From a virus (taxonomy: Duplodnaviria; Caudoviricetes), in IMG/VR virus record IMGVR_UViG_3300022602_000102, positions 1-59,984 of that record: a DNA stretch of 59,984 nt; one strand, written 5' to 3'. Shown one piece after another: positions 9,128-17,455 of this stretch. The notes beneath the pieces were generated by a model, which worked only from the letters and a program-made list of their open reading frames with translations, ran no database searches and was not told where the DNA came from. Made by a program: the position numbers and the translations under genes. The first letter of the stretch is position 1. The number at the start of each line of letters is the position of its first letter.

Positions 9128-9448
9128 ATGACAAAATCGGGAAGAGTACTTCCCAAGGATGTCATAGCGCATTGGCCGGAAGTATTCGGTGATGTAAGAC
9201 TAAATGTAGTACCTCTTAGGTACTTACATTCCGTGCTGGTCAATTTTAAAGATGGTAAAACTTGGGAAATAAAAGTAACAGCGAAAACAAAACGTGAAGG
9301 TTGGAGTACGTTTGAAAGAAATCTCTCCGAACTGGTAAAGAACTACGAGGCTAATATAGACAATGTAGATTTTAAACTAGATACTGACCGTGTAAGAAAA
9401 GATGTCGAAAAAGGCACCGAGAAATTTTTAAAGAAAAAGAAGTTATAA
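9128..9448 (+). CDS. Hypothetical protein
   Basis: 106-aa ORF abutting the upstream stop. Confidence 0.7.
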   Translation: MTKSGRVLPKDVIAHWPEVFGDVRLNVVPLRYLHSVLVNFKDGKTWEIKVTAKTKREGWSTFERNLSELVKNYEANIDNVDFKLDTDRVRKDVEKGTEKFLKKKKL

Positions 9449-9451
9449 ATA

Positions 9452-10129
9452 ATGAATGTCCGACTACTTAGCTACAGCCAGCCAACAGCAGAATTCTCCA
9501 ATATGGGAATCGCTGATGCCCAGGAACTTATTGCCTATTGCGCCAGAGTTTCAAACCCAAGTAATCAATTCAACACAGAAACTAGTGAGAAGCTTATCAA
9601 GTACCTCATTAAACATCAGCACTGGAGCCCTCTTGAAATGGTCTCAGCTTGCATTGAAATTACAACAACTCGAGACATTGCCCGTCAGATCCTTAGACAC
9701 AGAAGTTTTAGTTTCCAAGAGTTTAGCCAACGCTATGCTGACCCGACAAAGGATCTCAACTTTGTACTTAGAGATGCCAGAAAACAAGACCTCGAGAATA
9801 GACAAAATAGTGTAGAGTTAGATGTTCATAATAATGACGAAGATCGATTCCTTGCCTATCAATGGGAACGTATGCAAGAGCTAGTTATTAAACAAAGTCG
9901 TGAAGCATACGAATGGGCTATTCTAAAAGGTATCGCCAAAGAACAAGCCCGTGCTGTACTACCAGAAGGGTTGATTGAAAGTAGAATTTATATGAATGGT
10001 ACTCTACGCAGTTGGGTACATTTTATAGAACTACGTAGTGCCCACGGCACACAAAAAGAGCACCAACTAGTGGCGCTCGAATGTGCTCGTGTTATTAGCG
10101 AAATATTCCCAATGCTGGGTGATCTTTAA
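9452..10129 (+). CDS. thyX: Flavin-dependent thymidylate synthase ThyX
   Basis: HWSPLE, QILRHRSFSFQEFSQRY (RHRx7S), EQARAVLP, LRSWVHFIELR. Confidence 0.95.
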   Translation: MNVRLLSYSQPTAEFSNMGIADAQELIAYCARVSNPSNQFNTETSEKLIKYLIKHQHWSPLEMVSACIEITTTRDIARQILRHRSFSFQEFSQRYADPTKDLNFVLRDARKQDLENRQNSVELDVHNNDEDRFLAYQWERMQELVIKQSREAYEWAILKGIAKEQARAVLPEGLIESRIYMNGTLRSWVHFIELRSAHGTQKEHQLVALECARVISEIFPMLGDL

Positions 10130-11289
10130 ACTACTACAGTCCAAGAACTATTTAAATAAATCATTAAATGCTGTTTGCCATCGCTAGCTGGATTCCATCC
10201 AGTGCCGTTGGCAACTGCCATTTGTCCGGCAATAGGGGTAGCAGGAGCTGTACCTAACGGTAACAATGTTGATGAAACACTATAGAAATTATTATAGTAA
10301 GCAGTACTTGTACCTAGTGTAGTTGTTCCGCTATTACCTGGATATATTGTATTACCTAATAATTGTAAAGTTGTAACCGCTGTTGACCCTGTCTTAGTTT
10401 GAAATACTAATGGAACTCCAGCAGTGGTACTAGATAGTACTGGAGTAGTTTGTTGCGATCCGCCATTGAAACTAAACTGAGTAGTTGCAACATTTAACTG
10501 ACTGCCTACAGTTAAGCCTGCTCCAACAAAATTCACAGCCGCTGTAAAACTAGCACTACCCGCTTGAATATAACTGTTTGCAGGTTGGCCACCTAGTGAG
10601 TCTGAATCGCTAGCAGTTCCCCAAAATTTATAATTAGTGCCTCTAGTAGAATAAACTGTAGTTCCGCTAACAGTAGTTTCAACTAACGAATTTAATGTAA
10701 TACCTTGGAATATACCATTTGTAGTAAATCCTGAAATATTACCACTACTAACACTAGTGTTTAATGCAAATGCAGTATTACTTACTGTGAATACTGTGTT
10801 GCTTCCATTTACAATAGCTTGAATAATTGGATAAGATCCGCTTGGACTTGCACTAGCTTGGTTAATTTGAAACTGTGTTGTACCGCTGTTTGTACTAGTA
10901 GTAAATGGGCCAATATGTACGTATGTTGAACCATTATACACATTCAATTGTTGGTTTGTGCTGTCCCACCAAAAGTCGCCAGTAGCTACATCACTAGGAG
11001 GTGCTGTACTTGCGGCTACTTCTGCGCTACCTGCTACTCTGAAACGTAGTCCGTCATAAAATCTTAATTTGTTTGAAGTAGTATCATACCAAATTTGACC
11101 AGCGATAGGTTGCGGAGGTTGTGTAGAGTTGGCAAAATTTTCCAACATATACACAAAATTCTCATTTTGACTTTGCCCATAGCCAGCATAATTTTTACCA
11201 ATTAGAGTAATATCTAAGGTATTATTAATTGTACCGTCTTGAACAGTGGCAATGCTGTTCCCGTTGTAATGATTGATTGTGTATGACAT
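10126..11289 (-). CDS. Tail fibre-like protein (paralog 1, shared N-terminal domain)
   Basis: N-terminal LIGKNYAGYG..NENFVYMLENFA..P..P..GQIWYD domain; T/S/G/N-rich. Confidence 0.7.
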   Translation of the reverse strand: MSYTINHYNGNSIATVQDGTINNTLDITLIGKNYAGYGQSQNENFVYMLENFANSTQPPQPIAGQIWYDTTSNKLRFYDGLRFRVAGSAEVAASTAPPSDVATGDFWWDSTNQQLNVYNGSTYVHIGPFTTSTNSGTTQFQINQASASPSGSYPIIQAIVNGSNTVFTVSNTAFALNTSVSSGNISGFTTNGIFQGITLNSLVETTVSGTTVYSTRGTNYKFWGTASDSDSLGGQPANSYIQAGSASFTAAVNFVGAGLTVGSQLNVATTQFSFNGGSQQTTPVLSSTTAGVPLVFQTKTGSTAVTTLQLLGNTIYPGNSGTTTLGTSTAYYNNFYSVSSTLLPLGTAPATPIAGQMAVANGTGWNPASDGKQHLMIYLNSSWTVVV

Positions 11290-11309
11290 TCTACTCGTTC
11301 CTTATTCTA

Positions 11310-11317
11310 TATTTATG
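11310..11317 (-). promoter_or_regulatory. Putative late promoter CATAAATA
   Basis: TATTTATG on + strand, about 20 nt upstream of the 11289 start. Confidence 0.5.
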
Positions 11318-12002
11318 CTGGATCTGTTGAGCCAGGTGCTGGCTGTGTAGCTGCCCAGGCATTCAATGCCGCTAATCCGTCAGAATTGTAAGCATATAAT
11401 TCTGGATAAACTGATAACCATGTTGTTGTAAGCTCAGGAACAAGCACTTTAAAACGTATAGTTACACGCCCTTGGTCTTGTAGAGTTAACGTTACCGGTT
11501 GGGTGTTTGTACATGTTCCTTTATAATCGCTTGTAGGTTGTCCAGCGATACTAACCGCAAATTCTGTTTTAGCCATATTTTTAATTTGCACAGTTGTGAC
11601 ATCATTCCATACAGCGCCATTTTGATCTACACACTGAGGAATTAATGTGATTGTGTTGTTTAACCCTACAATGCACTGTCTTTGACCATCTAAGTAAGTA
11701 TTAGGACCAAAATTAACAATAATTTTTCTAATTTTTAAAGTAGAATTAGCAGGATTCCAAAATGCTAAACTAATAGGATTGTAAATGCTGTTGGCAATAG
11801 CGTCGTACATATCTTGTGTAATTGCACCAAGATAATGATTATCTGTGTTTGCAGCAGTGTTTATAATATCGACAAATGGAGCTATAGCGCCGTATAAACC
11901 GACAATCAGCCCGCTGGACAGATCATATGTAATGCTGTATAAGTTAGTTTCAGACCAACCTGCTGCTAGTGTAGTTGGTGCTGCTGATACGGTTGTAGTC
12001 AT
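11313..12002 (-). CDS. Hypothetical protein, possibly fibre-associated
   Basis: 229-aa ORF translationally coupled inside the fibre operon. Confidence 0.65.
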   Translation of the reverse strand: MTTTVSAAPTTLAAGWSETNLYSITYDLSSGLIVGLYGAIAPFVDIINTAANTDNHYLGAITQDMYDAIANSIYNPISLAFWNPANSTLKIRKIIVNFGPNTYLDGQRQCIVGLNNTITLIPQCVDQNGAVWNDVTTVQIKNMAKTEFAVSIAGQPTSDYKGTCTNTQPVTLTLQDQGRVTIRFKVLVPELTTTWLSVYPELYAYNSDGLAALNAWAATQPAPGSTDPA

Positions 12003-12997
12003 GCGTAATTCCTTGTTATTTGTTTATATACTTTATCACAGTGGTCGCATTCTATTCCGCACACTGTTTTACAATTTTTAGTTAATTCGTTAAATCCTAA
12101 ATCTGTAATTTGATTAACTGAAATAGTAGACAATTTTAAATCGCCTGTAGTACTTAATAATTCACCAAATCTTATATTTCCGCTACGTTTTTGATAAGCA
12201 TCGATTACACGAAACCATCTATCCAACGGAAATCCACGTCCGGCAATTTTTATTGTATTCACTAACCCGTCAAATTTATCTATATCATTAGGAAATGTAA
12301 AAGCTGTTTTTAGCCACTCAGCTGGATTATTTTTAAAATAACTTATACATCCAAGTTTACTATGAACATCGTCTGTTCTGGTTCTATCGTCTTGGAATTT
12401 AATTTGACTAATAATAATATCGTCCCATTGTTTCCATTTACAATCGACTATACATCCTTCATTGACTAACATAGTTATTTTAATATCATGCTGTTTAGCA
12501 TAATTACTCATTTTAGTTAGTGTATCTAAATCTCTATTTAAACTACGGTCAACTATGATGCTTTTCATGTGCAAAACTTCGTGCATAAACACAAAATCTT
12601 TTAATGTGCGAACTAAATTGTTTACACTATTTTTTAATTCTAAATCAGGATTTGCAACACGAAAATCATTTATAATATTTGCTCTTAACAAATAAGTGTT
12701 ATTAAGTGTAACAATATCTGCTTTGATATTTTTTACATGTTCGATTAATTCCGGAACTTGTCCATAAAAATCATTGTCATATACACTAGGATTTACCAAA
12801 TAGTGTACCTTTATTCCATATTTGTCTCTTATGGCATAAAGTTCGTCGAACATATCTTGTCCATTAAAAATACTTCTGGCACTACCAAATCTATTATCGC
12901 TAAAATATATATCCGTAATGGTGCTAGTATCCAAAGAGGCAAGTGGTTCTGACATACCTTGTGTATAAGGTATGCTAAACTTATGGGTTATAGACAT
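11999..12997 (-). CDS. Peptidase U32-family-like protein (putative Fe-S enzyme)
   Basis: SVN..V, IIVDRSLNRDL, LVNEGCIVDC, IKIAGR and a C-terminal CKTVCGIECDHC cluster. Confidence 0.65.
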   Translation of the reverse strand: MSITHKFSIPYTQGMSEPLASLDTSTITDIYFSDNRFGSARSIFNGQDMFDELYAIRDKYGIKVHYLVNPSVYDNDFYGQVPELIEHVKNIKADIVTLNNTYLLRANIINDFRVANPDLELKNSVNNLVRTLKDFVFMHEVLHMKSIIVDRSLNRDLDTLTKMSNYAKQHDIKITMLVNEGCIVDCKWKQWDDIIISQIKFQDDRTRTDDVHSKLGCISYFKNNPAEWLKTAFTFPNDIDKFDGLVNTIKIAGRGFPLDRWFRVIDAYQKRSGNIRFGELLSTTGDLKLSTISVNQITDLGFNELTKNCKTVCGIECDHCDKVYKQITRNYA

Positions 12998-15900
12998 TTG
13001 TTGTTCTCGATCCTATTCCAATCCACCCAGCTTGAACATTAGTTCCATGGTACCAGTGTCCGGCATCTAATACATTAACAGTTATTTGAAATTGTCCGTA
13101 AGAACCGCTAGTGTTACTTGTAGTTACAGGAGCGCAACTTACTGACCAATTACCCTCTCCCATACCATAGTATGCATTACGAAAATCTTGAACTCTAGTT
13201 AAACTAGGTGCAATATTAAATTGATAATTGCCTTTCCAATTTACAGCAGTACTATCACTACTTAACCCCATAAATGCCGCTAGATCCACAGTTAATGTAA
13301 TAGTTGGATTTCCGCTGTAACTTCCGCCAACCACTGTATGATTGCCAGAACCGTTCATATAGCTGTACCAACTACTTACTTCACCAGAAATTGAAGGAAC
13401 GCCTGAGACTGTGCCGCCGTTACTCTGTGGACTTAAATATAAATCAATAGTGCCAACTATACTTTGTACAATGGCTGCTAAATTTTGATTTAAACGAGTT
13501 ACGTTTACTGGGTCTGGAATGCTTGGCTGATTACTTAAATCAGTATAGCTACCTGTAGCAGCTACTCTGGCTAGTGTATTTCCAAAGTTTACATCAGTAA
13601 GAATTTTTGCCCATGGACTCCAAGTAGTGCCAACATCTCGACGACTACGTACAAAATTATCAGCGTGTGCGCCTGTTACGCCACTCCAGCCAATTAATAA
13701 TTCACCACCGCCTTCACCGCCCAACGATAATAAATTACCATACGTGTCTGGATATCCGTTAGCATAAACATCTCGTAAAGTTAATACATTTCTAGGTTCA
13801 TATGTATTATTATCTTCAATAGTTACACGGCCTTGGTTGTTAATAACAGTAGCAGAACTAGCATTACCATACAAACTACCAGTTACATTACCAGTTACAT
13901 TACCAGTTACATTACCAGTTACATTACCAGTTACATTACCGCTAAAGTTAGGAGCTGTTACAGTTCCTACCATTGTTAATGCGCCGCCTGGTCCAAATTG
14001 TCCAGAATATTGACCGTTATTGGTCATATTTGTATAACCGTCTCCGCCCCAATAAAATCCAGTATCTTGAGCGCCATCGCTGGACCATACAAGACTTGGA
14101 TTGGTTGCAGTGCCATCAGCTAAGAATATTCTACCAGCTTGTGCATATACGTTTCCAGTTACGTTTCCAGTTACGTTTCCAGTTACGTTTCCAGTTACGT
14201 TTCCAGTTACGTTTCCAGTTAAATTACCGCTAAAATTTGGAGCAGTAACAGTTCCAACCATATCTAAGTTTCCGCCTGGACGGAATCTACCCGAATACAC
14301 ACCGGCATTAGTCATTGCTATATAACCGTCAGTATTTCCATAAAATCCAGTTGCTTGGTTAGTACTGTTATACCATGCAATACTTGGTGCCGATGCTGAG
14401 CCGCCACCGATGAATATTCTTCCACCTTGTGCATATATCGAGCCAGTGACGGTGCCATTTAAAGGACCAGTAAAATTTCCAAGAACTTCTGCACCTAGAT
14501 AGCCAATTATTTTTCCAACAGCATCAATCATAAGTGTACTGTCTGTAGCGTATACTGATCCAGTTACGTTTCCAGTTACGTTTCCAGTTACGTTTCCAGT
14601 TACGTTTCCAGTTAAATTACCAACAACGTTTGCATTAGTATAACCTATTTGTCTTGTTGTAGAATTAACAATAACAGTTAAATTATCTGCGGCTAACAAA
14701 TTGCCAGTCACATTACCAGTTAAATTGCCAGTCACATTACCAGTTAAATTACCAACAACGTTTGCGTTGGTATATCCAAGTTGTTTAGTGCTAGAATTCC
14801 AAATACGTGTAGAATCAGCAGCTAATACATCACCAGTTAAATTACCTAATACATTACCAGTTACATTACCAGACAAAGGTCCGGTAAAGTTACCTATAAC
14901 ATTAGCATTTGTATACCCAAGTTGCTTTGTTATAGCATTCCAAACAGTCGTGCTATCATTTGCTTTTAGACTACCAGTTAAATCACCGATGATATTTGCA
15001 CTTGTATATCCAATTGTTTTGTTGTTAGATATAGTGTTAATCATTACAGTACCATCCGAAGATACTGTATTACCTGTAATATTAATATTGTATAAACCGT
15101 TGTCGTTATAAACAAAATCTAAAGGTTTGTCTGCAACATTTGTCCATTCTACTAAACTTGCTACCGCAGCTAATTGAGCTGTTCCAGCTGCATTTGAATA
15201 ATTTGCTGTATCTGCACTAGTAGCATGTCCGTAAAAATTAGCAGCTGTAACAGAAGTTGCTGTAATGCTTCCAGAACTGTTAATGTTTCCAGACGAAATT
15301 ACCGCTGTAGATAAATTGTTTACAGCCGTATTACCTAAACTATCACGTCCAACAACAGTATTTGGAGTATTAGTAGTTGTTGCGCTTACATAAGCACCGC
15401 CTAAATTTAATTTATCTGATTTTTGTGCTATAGAATATACATAGCCTGCATAGATATTTTGAAACTGTAGTGTACTACTACCGATGTTACTAGTTGCTGT
15501 TGTGCTTGGTAATATATCGCTTCCAGTAAGTGTTACAGTACCATTACTATTAGTTCCTAAAGTTAATACGTTGCCAACGGCTTGAATACTAGAATTGTTA
15601 ACAACTGCTCCGCCTGTAGTAAGTCCTGCTGAAAATGTTGTTAGTGTTGGAAATACTGTATTACGTAAAGGTGCATAATAACTTGCAGGTTCATTACCTA
15701 AATTATCTGCGTTAGTTGCAGTTCCATATACTTTAAAATTAGTGCTTAATGTTATACCTGGATAAATTATTGGAAAATTTGTTGCTATACCCGAGTCGGC
15801 TGGTGTAAATTCTGGATCTGCACTAACAATATATAATAACTGTCCATTGGCGTATGCTTGTTGAACAGCGTGTATCGCTGATGGAACTGCATTATCTGCT

Positions 15901-16331
15901 ATTCCTGCAGATACAGTTTGTGTTTGGCCGAACCCGGCAACACTTTGTGGTCCTACAAGAAGATAAGTTGTGCCATTCCACACATTTAATTGGTTATTTA
16001 CGCTGTCATACCATAAGTCGCCAACTGTGTGCGCTGTGGGAGCAGTAGCACTAATATTACTAACTGCTAGAGTTTTCCATGCTGCGCCATCATATACATT
16101 GATTTTTAAATTAGCAGTAGTGTTGTCAAACCATAACTCACCTGCAATTGGTTTTTTAGGAGGTTGATTACCGGCAAAATTTTCTAATAGCCAAACAAAA
16201 TTGTCATTTAAACTTTGACCGTAGCCGGCATAATTTTTTCCAATTAATGTAAGATCCAGTATTGTACTAATTGTTCCATCGACAACAGTAGCTACCGGTG
16301 TTCCATTATAATTGTTTATTGAGTATGCCAT
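12981..16331 (-). CDS. Long tail fibre protein (paralog 2) with GNVT/GNLT repeats
   Basis: Shared N-terminal domain; G-N-V/L-T arrays; duplicated modules; VAATGSYTDLSNQP and WSPWAKI fibre motifs. Confidence 0.8.
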   Translation of the reverse strand: MAYSINNYNGTPVATVVDGTISTILDLTLIGKNYAGYGQSLNDNFVWLLENFAGNQPPKKPIAGELWFDNTTANLKINVYDGAAWKTLAVSNISATAPTAHTVGDLWYDSVNNQLNVWNGTTYLLVGPQSVAGFGQTQTVSAGIADNAVPSAIHAVQQAYANGQLLYIVSADPEFTPADSGIATNFPIIYPGITLSTNFKVYGTATNADNLGNEPASYYAPLRNTVFPTLTTFSAGLTTGGAVVNNSSIQAVGNVLTLGTNSNGTVTLTGSDILPSTTATSNIGSSTLQFQNIYAGYVYSIAQKSDKLNLGGAYVSATTTNTPNTVVGRDSLGNTAVNNLSTAVISSGNINSSGSITATSVTAANFYGHATSADTANYSNAAGTAQLAAVASLVEWTNVADKPLDFVYNDNGLYNINITGNTVSSDGTVMINTISNNKTIGYTSANIIGDLTGSLKANDSTTVWNAITKQLGYTNANVIGNFTGPLSGNVTGNVLGNLTGDVLAADSTRIWNSSTKQLGYTNANVVGNLTGNVTGNLTGNVTGNLLAADNLTVIVNSTTRQIGYTNANVVGNLTGNVTGNVTGNVTGNVTGSVYATDSTLMIDAVGKIIGYLGAEVLGNFTGPLNGTVTGSIYAQGGRIFIGGGSASAPSIAWYNSTNQATGFYGNTDGYIAMTNAGVYSGRFRPGGNLDMVGTVTAPNFSGNLTGNVTGNVTGNVTGNVTGNVTGNVYAQAGRIFLADGTATNPSLVWSSDGAQDTGFYWGGDGYTNMTNNGQYSGQFGPGGALTMVGTVTAPNFSGNVTGNVTGNVTGNVTGNVTGSLYGNASSATVINNQGRVTIEDNNTYEPRNVLTLRDVYANGYPDTYGNLLSLGGEGGGELLIGWSGVTGAHADNFVRSRRDVGTTWSPWAKILTDVNFGNTLARVAATGSYTDLSNQPSIPDPVNVTRLNQNLAAIVQSIVGTIDLYLSPQSNGGTVSGVPSISGEVSSWYSYMNGSGNHTVVGGSYSGNPTITLTVDLAAFMGLSSDSTAVNWKGNYQFNIAPSLTRVQDFRNAYYGMGEGNWSVSCAPVTTSNTSGSYGQFQITVNVLDAGHWYHGTNVQAGWIGIGSRTTNVYNP
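13877..13940. repeat. 12-bp tandem repeat (TACCAGTTACAT)x5 encoding GNVT
   Basis: Five perfect copies plus a partial, read directly. Confidence 0.95.
14149..14220. repeat. 12-bp tandem repeat (ACGTTTCCAGTT)x6 encoding TGNV
   Basis: Six perfect copies. Confidence 0.95.
14566..14613. repeat. 12-bp tandem repeat (ACGTTTCCAGTT)x4
   Basis: Four perfect copies. Confidence 0.95.
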
Positions 16332-16348
16332 TTTTTTCGCCCCTTATA

Positions 16349-17455
16349 TTACCAAGTTGTTAATGCTGATCTTTTCCATGTGTTTGTCGATGTACACACA
16401 TAAACGTAATTTTCGTCCCATGCAATTTGGCCTGCTACGCCTGCTGAACTACTTGTAGCAGGAGCTTTGCCAGATGCAATTCTAAATGTTCCGCCTACAT
16501 CAAGAGTTGCTTGTGGGTTATTATTGTAGAATCCAGCGTATTCTAATTGTGCGTTAATAAAAAATGCACTTGTAGAACCGTTAGATGAATTATTTAAATT
16601 AATATCAAAATTTTGGTTAGCTGTATTTGATTTAATTTGGAATGCTTGAGCTAGTGTGTATTCAGGTTGAACACTAATTTCAATGTCGTTTCCTGGGCCT
16701 AAAATTAATTGTATCGCAGAAGTAATTGATAATGCACCAAGACCAGTTGTATCTGGAGCGATAATAGAAGATCCTGTTGTTTTTACCAATGCACTTGGAG
16801 GATACAGAGTATTGCCATCGTATAATGCACTAGCTTGGCTTGACAATACATTGAATTGTAACCCAGTTAGTGTACTAGCATTAAACCCAACAACTACATC
16901 GCCTGTAAATCCAGCTATAGGAGACTGAGGAGTAAACGCATCTTTACTAAAAAATCCAATTAATGCGCCTGCTACATATACATTAGCGATAGTATGGCTA
17001 ATGTTATATACATCTAAAATATCTTCCGGAACTTCAAATCCGCAAACACCTTGACTTTGTGAATAAACTGGACCTGCTAATATATCCCCGGTACCTGCAT
17101 TAAAATGCAGTTGTCCATTGACACTATCGATCCACAAATCGCCTGCTGAATAAGAACTAGGTGGTGTAGATGAAACAGTTGTTCCTCCTACTGGAGAAAA
17201 TGTATTGTTGTTATAGACTTTTAAAACAGCATTTTGTGTGTCATACCATAACTGACCTTGAATAGGATTCGAAGGTTGGTTAGTGTTGGCAAAATTTTCT
17301 AACAAATGAACAAAATTATCATTTATAAAAAGTCCGTATCCTGTGGCATTTTGGCCGATTAAGGTTAAATCGGTTGCAGTTTGATTTACTTGTCCGTCAA
17401 TTAACCCACCTTGTATTAACTGGTCGCCGTTAGTTTTAAGTATTTGGTAAGCCAT
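16349..17455 (-). CDS. Tail fibre-like protein (paralog 3)
   Basis: LTLIGQNATGYG..NDNFVHLLENFA..P.NP.QGQLWYD; C-terminal PATSSSAGVAGQIAWDENYVYVC..NTWKR. Confidence 0.7.
   Translation of the reverse strand: MAYQILKTNGDQLIQGGLIDGQVNQTATDLTLIGQNATGYGLFINDNFVHLLENFANTNQPSNPIQGQLWYDTQNAVLKVYNNNTFSPVGGTTVSSTPPSSYSAGDLWIDSVNGQLHFNAGTGDILAGPVYSQSQGVCGFEVPEDILDVYNISHTIANVYVAGALIGFFSKDAFTPQSPIAGFTGDVVVGFNASTLTGLQFNVLSSQASALYDGNTLYPPSALVKTTGSSIIAPDTTGLGALSITSAIQLILGPGNDIEISVQPEYTLAQAFQIKSNTANQNFDINLNNSSNGSTSAFFINAQLEYAGFYNNNPQATLDVGGTFRIASGKAPATSSSAGVAGQIAWDENYVYVCTSTNTWKRSALTTW

Noticed and set aside
9444-9451. TATAAATA before thyX as a late promoter
   Set aside because: It directly abuts the ATG and includes the upstream stop codon, so transcription would begin inside the start codon; probably chance
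13877-14613. Tandem repeats as a CRISPR array
   Set aside because: 12-bp units with no spacers, in frame within a fibre gene; no cas genes in the window
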